From Kiritimatiellia bacterium (lineage in GTDB: Bacteria > Verrucomicrobiota > Kiritimatiellia > CAIQIC01 > Lenti-01), in assembly GCA_040768005.1 (NCBI GenBank), contig JAXGNL010000003.1, positions 4,249 to 68,248 on the forward strand: a stretch of 64,000 nt of DNA. Direction: 5' to 3'. A program made the translations under genes and the position numbers. Positions 26,743 to 34,783 of the stretch are shown here, piece by piece. How positions within the stretch are numbered: the first letter of the stretch is position 1; each line of letters opens with the position of its first letter. Below the pieces are notes generated by a model, which saw only the letters and a program-made list of their open reading frames with translations, was not told where the DNA came from and searched no databases.

Positions 26743-27123
26743 CTACAGCCCGTTCACCACCCGATGAATGCCATCCTTCACTAACTGTTCGCCAAAATTG
26801 ATCACCAAACCTAATTTGAATCCCGACATTCTGAGGTAGGTCAGAACCTGGGATTCAAAGATCCGGTTGTACTCCGTCGTCGCCTTGCACTCCACTACAA
26901 CCATTCCTTCCACCAGCAAATCCAGCCGCAGCGGCGTTCCCAGACTCTGGCCCTTGTACACCAGGGGCACCAACACCTGCCGCTCAACCTTCAGCCCCCT
27001 CTGACTTAGTTCCCACGCCAACGCTTCTTCGTAAACGCCTTCCAGCAATCCCGGCCCGCCCAGCGTCCGGTGCACCTCAATGGCACACTCATAGATCTGC
27101 CTGCTGACCTCGTTCTCCGTCAT
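26743..27123 (-). CDS. GxxExxY protein (PD-(D/E)XK-superfamily)
   Basis: 126 aa. GPGLLEGVYEEAL matches G-x-x-E-x-x-Y. VVECKA motif. Confidence 0.85.
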   Translation of the reverse strand: MTENEVSRQIYECAIEVHRTLGGPGLLEGVYEEALAWELSQRGLKVERQVLVPLVYKGQSLGTPLRLDLLVEGMVVVECKATTEYNRIFESQVLTYLRMSGFKLGLVINFGEQLVKDGIHRVVNGL

Positions 27124-27299
27124 CCCTATCCCTTGTCCGGCGTTTGCGTTCCTTTTGTGCCCCTTGCGCCCTTTGCGTTAACCGGCTGTTCGTCTTCCGG
27201 CTGTTCACCCTTCATCCCATCCGGCGTTTGCGTTCCTTTTGCGCCTCTCGCGCCTCTTGCGTTAAACGGCTGTTCGTCTGCTTGGCTGTTCGCTTCTTC

Positions 27300-27300
<1 letters not shown>
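27121..27300. repeat. ~88-92-bp tandem direct repeat (2 units), each unit starting with TCATCCC(T)AT
   Basis: Unit 1 is 27121-27212 and unit 2 is 27213-27300. The same 9-mer TCATCCCAT recurs at the icd stop (27300-27308). Confidence 0.7.
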
Positions 27301-28565
<1,265 letters not shown>

Positions 28566-28591
28566 CTCGTCATCCTTTCAAGGGGTTGGTT

Positions 28592-28768
28592 TTTTCCACA
28601 CCGTGGAAACTTTTTTTCCATAGCATGGAAAATTCCCGGAAAATTTTTCCATGCCATGGAAAATCCGGGCCTTTTTTTCCACACCGTGGAAAATCCCGCC
28701 GAAGCAGGAGAGGCATTTTTCCATGCCGTGGAAAACTGCGGCGAAAGGTTTCCATACCCCGGAAAAAA
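28592..28768. repeat. REP-like palindrome array 2 (5 good copies plus 1 degenerate)
   Basis: Copies at 28592-28610, 28614-28632, 28645-28663, 28675-28693 and 28717-28735, with a degenerate TTTCCATaccccGGAAAA near 28748-28768. Lies directly upstream of icd. Confidence 0.85.
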
Positions 28769-28815
28769 GGTCAAAACAAACCGGCGCGCTTGACGCCGCA
28801 ATCGAATGACGGAGG

Positions 28816-29385
28816 CTAGGCCCTGTTCAGCAGGTCCATCATGGTCCTGGCCAGCGGATGCGGATTCGCCTGCAATTCCCAGCCCTGCCGGCTCCGCCGG
28901 ACCATCCCCCCGGCCTTCAGCCGTTCCAGGTGACGGAACAAAGCGGGCCGCGACAGTTTTCCACCTTCCTGCAATTCATCGCCGCTGCGGGCCCGTTCCT
29001 GCAGCAGCTGCACCAGCTTCAGCCGCCGCTCATGTCCGAACGCCCGTGCCACCCGGCGGGTTTCCTCCTCCGGCCAGCCGGCCACCGCCTTGCGCGCCGC
29101 CGCCAGCAACGGCTTGGCCGACGCCACTTTGGGATCCGTCACCGGCCGGTAACGCGTCCAGGGCCCTGAGCGATACATGTTCACCAGCCCCCGCGACTGC
29201 AACCGCCGCAATTCCATGCTGGCGCGCGGCTCCGATATCCCCTCCGCCTCCGCCAGTTCCGACACGCATCGATCCGGGGTTTCCATGATGTGACGCAAAA
29301 GCCCCCAGCGGGTGGGCCCGGCCAGGACACGACAGGTCCGCCATAACGTCGGAGTCAAAGGCAGCTCTTTCGCCGGAGATTTCAT
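28816..29385 (-). CDS. transcriptional regulator with two ArsR-like winged-HTH domains
   Basis: LWRTCRVLAGPTRWGLLRHI...VSELAEAEGISEPRASMELRRLQSRGLV, then a second RRLKLVQLLQERARSGDELQEGGKLSRPALFRHLERLKAGGMV. Confidence 0.7.
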   Translation of the reverse strand: MKSPAKELPLTPTLWRTCRVLAGPTRWGLLRHIMETPDRCVSELAEAEGISEPRASMELRRLQSRGLVNMYRSGPWTRYRPVTDPKVASAKPLLAAARKAVAGWPEEETRRVARAFGHERRLKLVQLLQERARSGDELQEGGKLSRPALFRHLERLKAGGMVRRSRQGWELQANPHPLARTMMDLLNRA

Positions 29386-29387
29386 TT

Positions 29388-29413
29388 GTCTCGCTTATAA
29401 TTATAACCGAGAC
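29388..29413. promoter_or_regulatory. 26-bp palindrome, copy A (1 mismatch)
   Basis: GTCTCGcTTATAATTATAACCGAGAC, 3 nt upstream of the regulator ATG. Contains TATAAG/TATAAT -10-like hexamers. Confidence 0.6.
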
Positions 29414-29454
29414 AGATGGCAAGCCCGTTATGGCTGTCCTACCCCCGCACGGTT

Positions 29455-29480
29455 GTCTCGGTTATAATTATATGCGAGAC
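29455..29480. promoter_or_regulatory. 26-bp palindrome, copy B (2 mismatches)
   Basis: GTCTCGGTTATAATTATAtgCGAGAC, 41 nt from copy A and just 3' of the methyltransferase pair. Confidence 0.6.
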
Positions 29481-29527
29481 TCCAGACCTGTTCTGTTTGC
29501 GGTGTCGCGGAAGATACTCAAACAAGC

Positions 29528-30175
29528 TCAGTCGGTGCTGCGCATCAAGAAGACACGGGGATTACCGCTCTCCAGGGCGTCGAATCCGAACGCCGCCCGG
29601 ATCCAGGCCATGGTGTCCGGATGGTAGAAGCAGACATGGGTTTCATCGCTGGCGTAGCCCCAGGTGCCGAAGTGGTCCAGGTCTTCCCAAGGCGCCGTCA
29701 TGACCGCCAGCCGTCCGCCCGGCCGAAGCAGATCCGTCATCTTCCGCCACTCGCGCAAGGGATGATGGAAATGCTCCACCACTTCCGTGGCGAAGAGAAA
29801 GTCAAACGGGCCGGCCGGAAGATCGGGATGGAAAAACGGATCGTAGTTTTCACAAACCAAGCCCTCGGCCGCCAGCAATCCGCACAGGGTCGGCGTATGC
29901 CCGCAGCCATAGTCCAACCCGCGCATGCCCGGCCGCAGATACGACCGCGCCGCCGTCACCGCCTGGCGCAGAAACGCCACGTATCCCGCGTCATGCGGCC
30001 CGTTCTGGTGCTTGGCATACCGTCCCCGTTCTTCCTCCGCCGTCGGCAGGAATTCGTCTTCCACGAACAGCAGCCGGCAGCGTCCGCACAGGCGATGCCG
30101 GCGCTTGCGAATATCCATCACCCGCTCGAACGGTCCCGTATCGCCGCACAAAGGACATTGATCCTGCCGTGCCAT
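29528..30175 (-). CDS. class I SAM-dependent methyltransferase with N-terminal zinc ribbon
   Basis: ORF 29528..30235 trimmed to MARQDQCPLCGD...CGRC. Motif I is GLDYGCGHTP. Confidence 0.7.
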   Translation of the reverse strand: MARQDQCPLCGDTGPFERVMDIRKRRHRLCGRCRLLFVEDEFLPTAEEERGRYAKHQNGPHDAGYVAFLRQAVTAARSYLRPGMRGLDYGCGHTPTLCGLLAAEGLVCENYDPFFHPDLPAGPFDFLFATEVVEHFHHPLREWRKMTDLLRPGGRLAVMTAPWEDLDHFGTWGYASDETHVCFYHPDTMAWIRAAFGFDALESGNPRVFLMRSTD

Positions 30176-30176
30176 C

Positions 30177-30914
30177 TCAGCCGTTCGCCCCGTCCGGCAG
30201 CCGGGCGACATACACGCCGTTGAAGCTCCGTTCACCCATCAACGGATTGTCGAACTCCACCCGATGTCCCTCCGCCCGTCCGAACACGCCGCGCAGCCGC
30301 TCCAGGAACGCCGGATCCGGGTCATCATTCGACCACAGGGCAAACACGCCGCCGGGCCGGAGAAAACCCGCCAGCCGCCGCAGGCCTTCCGGCGTGTAGA
30401 AATCAGCATGGGCATCGTTGAGGTGATGGGCGGGCGTATGATCAATGTCCAGCAGCACTGCATTCCATCGCCGGCCCGGCTGGTCCGGATCGAACCCCTC
30501 CCCCCGCGCCAGGGCGAAAAAGTCGGCCTGACGGAATTCGCAGCGCGGATCCGCCGTCAGTTCCTTCCCGTTCGGCACCAGCCCCCGCACATGCCAATCG
30601 ATCACCGGCTCCAGCGCCTCCACCACCACCAGCCGCGACACCTGCGGAAACGCCAGTGCCGCCGCCGCGGTGTAGCCCAGCCCCAGGCCGCCGACCACGA
30701 CATCCCAACTCCCGCTGCCGGCGGGCAGCGCGCCGAGCCCCAGCCTCGCCAGTTCTTCCTCCGCCTCGTGGAACAGGCTCGACATCAGGTATTCGCCGTT
30801 CAACTTGACCTCAACGGCTTCGGCCCCGTCCAGCGCCAGGACCCGGCGCCGCTGCAGCACCAGCTCGCCCAGGGGAGTCCGGCGACAATCCAATTCTTCA
30901 AACCATCGGTTCAT
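30177..30914 (-). CDS. spermidine-synthase-like (PABS-fold) methyltransferase-family protein
   Basis: 245 aa. VVVGGLGLGYTAAAAL glycine-rich loop and LLDIDHTP. Resemblance from memory only. Confidence 0.55.
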   Translation of the reverse strand: MNRWFEELDCRRTPLGELVLQRRRVLALDGAEAVEVKLNGEYLMSSLFHEAEEELARLGLGALPAGSGSWDVVVGGLGLGYTAAAALAFPQVSRLVVVEALEPVIDWHVRGLVPNGKELTADPRCEFRQADFFALARGEGFDPDQPGRRWNAVLLDIDHTPAHHLNDAHADFYTPEGLRRLAGFLRPGGVFALWSNDDPDPAFLERLRGVFGRAEGHRVEFDNPLMGERSFNGVYVARLPDGANG

Positions 30915-30989
30915 GACGCCAGGACTCTACCACCCCGCCCTTATGTCTCCCATCGCAAATCCCGCCGGAGCCGAAACCGGTTTTGGCGT

Positions 30990-31015
30990 GTCTCGGTTAT
31001 AATTATAACCGAGAC
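30990..31015. promoter_or_regulatory. 26-bp perfect palindrome, copy C, in a divergent promoter region
   Basis: GTCTCGGTTATAATTATAACCGAGAC lies between the gene starting at 30914 (-) and the adenosyltransferase gene (+). TATAAT is present on both strands. Confidence 0.65.
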
Positions 31016-31095
31016 TTTTTGCCTGTGCTCCCGACCGTCCTGAAACACCGGAAGGCCCCCGTGGAGTCTTGCCGAATCCGATCGCATGTAGGAGG

Positions 31096-31605
31096 ATGTA
31101 CTCCATGAACTCCCGCCGTGTTTCCGCTCGATCTTCCGGGGACGAAGGCCATACAGACCTCCCCGGCGGGCATCGGCTGGCCAAAAGCGATGCCGTGTTT
31201 GACGCGATGGGAGCCCTGGATGAACTGAGCGCCGCGCTGGGATTGCTCCGGGCCGCGACAGAAGTCCGGGAAAACGCGGACTGGCTCGAATCCATCCAGC
31301 GTGATCTGCTGAAAATCGGCTCGGAACTGGCCACGGAACAGGCCCGCCTGGCCCCGGACGCCGTCCGAGGGCTCGAGGCCATTACCAGCCGCCTGGAGGA
31401 AGGGCGGCCTACGGCGCAAGGCTTTGATCTGCCCGGAGCCGGGGAAGGCTCTGCCCGCGCGCATCTGGCCCGGGCCATCTGCCGGCGGGCGGAACGGGAT
31501 CTGGTCCGCGCCCGGGAACGCCATCCCGCACGCGTCACCCCCGCCGCGCTGGCCTATCTCAATCGCTTGTCCGGCACACTGTTTGCCCTGGCGCGAAAGG
31601 CATGA
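31096..31605 (+). CDS. PduO-type ATP:cob(I)alamin adenosyltransferase
   Basis: ORF 31069..31605 (TTG); the start is probably one of the Met codons at 31096/31105. GDEGHTDLPGGHRLAKSDAVFDAMGALDELSAALG is typical. Confidence 0.8.
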   Translation: MYSMNSRRVSARSSGDEGHTDLPGGHRLAKSDAVFDAMGALDELSAALGLLRAATEVRENADWLESIQRDLLKIGSELATEQARLAPDAVRGLEAITSRLEEGRPTAQGFDLPGAGEGSARAHLARAICRRAERDLVRARERHPARVTPAALAYLNRLSGTLFALARKA

Positions 31606-31756
31606 CCCCATGGCCCCGCACCGGATTCCGGTCGTCTTGGCGCTGATCCTCTGGATGGCGCCGGCACTGCCGGGAGGCATCGGGATTGGCCTTGCCGGAA
31701 ATCCGGAGGCATCTTATCTTGAATCAGCCACCCCCACCGCAACCGGGAGACATGCC

Positions 31757-32128
31757 ATGAACGCCATTCAAACCGACCAGGCCCCCGCCGCCATCGGACC
31801 GTACTCGCAGGCGGTGTCGCACAACGGGCTGTTGTTCATTTCGGGCCAGCTCGGAATCGATCCCGCCACCGGAGAACTGCCGGACGGCACCGAAGCCCAG
31901 ACCCGCCAGGCGCTGAACAACCTGCTCGCCATTCTCCAGGCGGCCAGCCTCGGTCCCTCGAACGTCCTCAAGGTCACCATTTACGTGGAGAACATGGTGG
32001 ATTTCGCGCTGGTCAACCGGCTGTACGCCGAGGTGTTCCAGCCGCCTTATCCGGCCCGGGAGGTCATCCAGGCCGCCCGCCTGCCGAAGGACGGCCTGGT
32101 GGAGATCTCCGCCATCGCCGCGGAATGA
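31757..32128 (+). CDS. ridA: RidA/YjgF-family reactive-intermediate deaminase
   Basis: Tail of ORF 31424..32128 from MNAIQTDQAPAAIGPYSQAV... Confidence 0.9.
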   Translation: MNAIQTDQAPAAIGPYSQAVSHNGLLFISGQLGIDPATGELPDGTEAQTRQALNNLLAILQAASLGPSNVLKVTIYVENMVDFALVNRLYAEVFQPPYPAREVIQAARLPKDGLVEISAIAAE

Positions 32129-32196
32129 ACCTGTCGGCGGCGCGGGACGCTGATACGCATTGAACCCTGTTTTCTTCCCGCAACCGGAGACCGACC

Positions 32197-33045
32197 ATGA
32201 TCATCATTGAACCGCACATCCACATGCTCTCGCGCACGACCGACGACTACACGGCCATGTACAACGCCGGCATCCGCTGCGTCGTCGAGCCGTCCTTCTG
32301 GCAGGGCGCCAGCCGCCGCCATGCCGGCACGTTCTACGACTACTTCGCGCTCTCCCTCGATTTCGAGCCCACCCGTTCCGTCCGCTACGGCATCGACCAC
32401 TACTCCTGCATCTCCGTCAACCCCAAGGAGGCCGACGACCTGCCGCTGGCGATGGAAACCCTCGACGGCATGGGCCGATGGCTGGACCATCCGCGCTGCG
32501 TTTGCGTGGGCGAAATCGGCTTCAACCGCATCACGCCCAACGAGGAGAAGGTCTTCCAGCGCCAGCTGGAGATGGCGAAAGAGCATGCCCTGCCCGTCCT
32601 GGTCCACACGCCCCACGACACGCCCGAGACGTCCAAGAAGGACGGCGTGGCCCGCATCCTCGACATCCTGCGCGAATTCGATTACGACCCCGGGCGCATC
32701 GTGGTGGACCACAACACCGAAGAGACGATGCCCCTGACGCGCAAGACGGACTACTGGGCCGGCCTGACCGTCTATCCCTACTCGAAGCTCAACCCCCGCC
32801 GCGTGGTGGACATTCTCCGCCGCTGGGGCCTCGAGCGCGTCACCGTCAATTCCTCCGCGGACTGGGGCGTCTCCGACTCCTGTTCGCTGCCCAAAACCGC
32901 GGAGTTCATGCGCGAGCAGGGCTTCACCGACGCGCAGATCACGCAGATCCTGCACGACAACCCCCTGGCGTTCTATTCGCAGACTCCGAAGTTCAAACCG
33001 CAGCTCGACCTGCCCTACATTGACCCCGCCACCTACCAGCGCTGA
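32197..33045 (+). CDS. TatD-related metal-dependent hydrolase
   Basis: IIEPHIHM (HxH), VGEIGFN and VLVHTPH motifs. Confidence 0.75.
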   Translation: MIIIEPHIHMLSRTTDDYTAMYNAGIRCVVEPSFWQGASRRHAGTFYDYFALSLDFEPTRSVRYGIDHYSCISVNPKEADDLPLAMETLDGMGRWLDHPRCVCVGEIGFNRITPNEEKVFQRQLEMAKEHALPVLVHTPHDTPETSKKDGVARILDILREFDYDPGRIVVDHNTEETMPLTRKTDYWAGLTVYPYSKLNPRRVVDILRRWGLERVTVNSSADWGVSDSCSLPKTAEFMREQGFTDAQITQILHDNPLAFYSQTPKFKPQLDLPYIDPATYQR

Positions 33046-33050
33046 CCGGG

Positions 33051-33089
33051 TTCCACGCCGTGGAAAACTTTTTTCCACGCTGTGGAAAA
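33051..33089. repeat. REP-like palindrome array 3 (2 copies)
   Basis: TTCCACgccGTGGAAAA at 33051-33067 and TTTTCCACgctGTGGAAAA at 33071-33089. Confidence 0.8.
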
Positions 33090-33163
33090 AACTGGCGCCG
33101 GCCCGCCGCAGCGTCAAGCAGCTCGTTCCGCGAAGTTTTTCGCCGTCGGCCTGGCTGCGGCTG

Positions 33164-33862
33164 GTGCGACTGCCCAATCTGCTGACGGTGCCGGGAGACG
33201 TGCTGGCGGGGTTTCTGCTGGCCCCGGCCGCCTCGCCTCTGGACTGGGGGCAGTTCCTGCTGCTGGCGCTGCCGGCGGGCATCGGCCTCTATGCCGCCGG
33301 GCTGATCCTGAACGATCTGTTCGGCTATGCCGAAGACCTGCAGCACCGCCCCGGGCGCCCCCTGCCCGCCGGACGGATCTCCCGGGAAAACGCGGCGGCC
33401 GCGGCCATCATTCTGCTGTGGGTGGCCGCCTTTGCCGCCGCCTTCTTCGATGCGCTGCCCGTGGCGCTGCCGCTCATCCTGTGCCTTGTGCTGTATGACA
33501 TCGGATTCAAGCGCATCCCGGTCCTGGGGCCGGCGCTGATGGGCCTGTGCCGTGCGGGCAATCTTCTGCTGGGCGCGGCCGCGGTCGGCAACGGATTGAC
33601 CACGGCGCCCGCCCCCATCGCCGGCGCCGCGGTGCTCGGCCTCTACGTGGCCCTCGTCACGCATCTGGCCCGGAACGAAACCACACCCGGCACCCGCTTT
33701 CCCCCGCCGGTGATCGGCCGGCTGCTGCGCATGCTGATTCCGCTGCAGGCGCTGCTGTGCCTGGCCGCAGTCCCGCACTTTCCGGTCAACCTGAGCGGGC
33801 TGCTGCTGCTGCCCCTGCTGCCCCTGCACCGCCGGCTTTCCAAGCGCTTCCCTCCCAGCTAG
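33164..33862 (+). CDS. UbiA-family prenyltransferase (start uncertain)
   Basis: ORF 33020..33862. The ATG at 33020 would overlap the TatD gene and translate the REP palindromes. GTG 33164 gives VRLPNLLTVPGDVLAG... NDLFGYAEDL motif. Confidence 0.65.
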   Translation: MRLPNLLTVPGDVLAGFLLAPAASPLDWGQFLLLALPAGIGLYAAGLILNDLFGYAEDLQHRPGRPLPAGRISRENAAAAAIILLWVAAFAAAFFDALPVALPLILCLVLYDIGFKRIPVLGPALMGLCRAGNLLLGAAAVGNGLTTAPAPIAGAAVLGLYVALVTHLARNETTPGTRFPPPVIGRLLRMLIPLQALLCLAAVPHFPVNLSGLLLLPLLPLHRRLSKRFPPS

Positions 33863-33873
33863 ACTCTCCGCCC

Positions 33874-34575
33874 GTGAAGTTGCGCGCGGTCAAATTCCTG
33901 ACGGGCTTGCTGCTGCTGCCGTTGTGCGCGGCGCTGACCATGACGCTGTGGCGGGTGCTGGTCATCCTGGCGCAGTCGCCCACCCGGCTGCCGATGATTC
34001 ATGCGTTCGCCGCCGTGGCGGGAATCGTCCTCTGGGCCGTCATCTGGCTGTTTCTGCCGCCCCTGACGCGCACCTATGTCCTCGGCCACGAGCTGACGCA
34101 CGCGCTCTGGAGCGTGCTGATGGGCGGAAAGGCCTCGCGGCTGCGCGTGTCGGCCAGCGGCGGCAGCGTGCGCGTCACCAAAAACAACGCGTGGGTCACG
34201 CTGGCCCCCTACTTTTTCCCGCTGTACACATTTGTCGTCGCGCTGGTCTGGCTGCTGACGGTCTGGCTGTTCCCTGTCGTGAAACCCTACGCGCCCGTCT
34301 TTCTCTTCTGGATCGGCCTGACGTGGTCGTTTCACGCCACCTACACGGTGCGCTTCCTGGCCTGGAGCCAGCCGGACATCCGCGAGCACGGCCGCCTGTT
34401 CTCCTACACCCTCATCTACGCGCTCAACATCCTCTCCATCGCCGCGGCCCTGATCGCCGTCAGCACCTGGAGCTTCCCCGAAGCCGGCGCCCACCTGCTG
34501 AACAGCCTTCACCTCCTGGCGCGAGCCGCCCATACCCTCTACGAATGGGCGCTGACCCGGCTGCCCGCCCGCTAG
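33874..34575 (+). CDS. polytopic membrane protein with HExxH (zincin-like) motif
   Basis: Tail of ORF 33547..34575 from GTG 33874. YVLGHELTHALWSVLMGG. About 6 TM segments. Confidence 0.5.
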   Translation: MKLRAVKFLTGLLLLPLCAALTMTLWRVLVILAQSPTRLPMIHAFAAVAGIVLWAVIWLFLPPLTRTYVLGHELTHALWSVLMGGKASRLRVSASGGSVRVTKNNAWVTLAPYFFPLYTFVVALVWLLTVWLFPVVKPYAPVFLFWIGLTWSFHATYTVRFLAWSQPDIREHGRLFSYTLIYALNILSIAAALIAVSTWSFPEAGAHLLNSLHLLARAAHTLYEWALTRLPAR

Positions 34576-34759
34576 AGCCGTTTCATAATGCCTTTGCCGC
34601 TCCTCCCCCCCCCTCCCCCGACGGGGTCGTCGGGGGCTCCAAAGACAAGGATTCAGTGGCTGGTTGGAGCCGGGACAGCCTGTCCGCCGCAACCTTGGTG
34701 GAGGCGGAACCCCGTCCCGGTCGGATTCTGCGGCTGCAGAATACAAGAATAGGCTCTAA
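34572..34759 (+). repeat. Repeat family B, copy 2 (188 bp, with a 33-nt extra hairpin)
   Basis: CTAGAGCC...GGCTCTAAG. Same three hairpins as copy 1 plus the insert TCCGCC...GGCGGA. Starts on the TAG stop of the upstream gene. Confidence 0.8.
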
Positions 34760-34783
34760 GAGCCTCGGCCCCTCCGGGACGGC

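Noticed and set aside
28592-28768. REP-like arrays read as possible CRISPR arrays (also 48696..48835).
   Set aside because: The repeats are only 19 bp and self-palindromic. Spacers are 3-18 nt and irregular. No cas genes or leader are present.
31016-31095. Cobalamin riboswitch upstream of the PduO-type adenosyltransferase; Moco riboswitch upstream of moaD (60036..60080).
   Set aside because: The leaders are only about 45-80 nt, too short for either aptamer, and I recognised no B12-box or Moco-motif core.
31610-31756. Possible N-terminal extension or separate small ORF (MAPHRIPVVLALILWMAPALPGG...) in frame upstream of ridA.
   Set aside because: RidA proteins normally start near MNAIQT.... 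The extension has no support beyond being open, so it is left unannotated.
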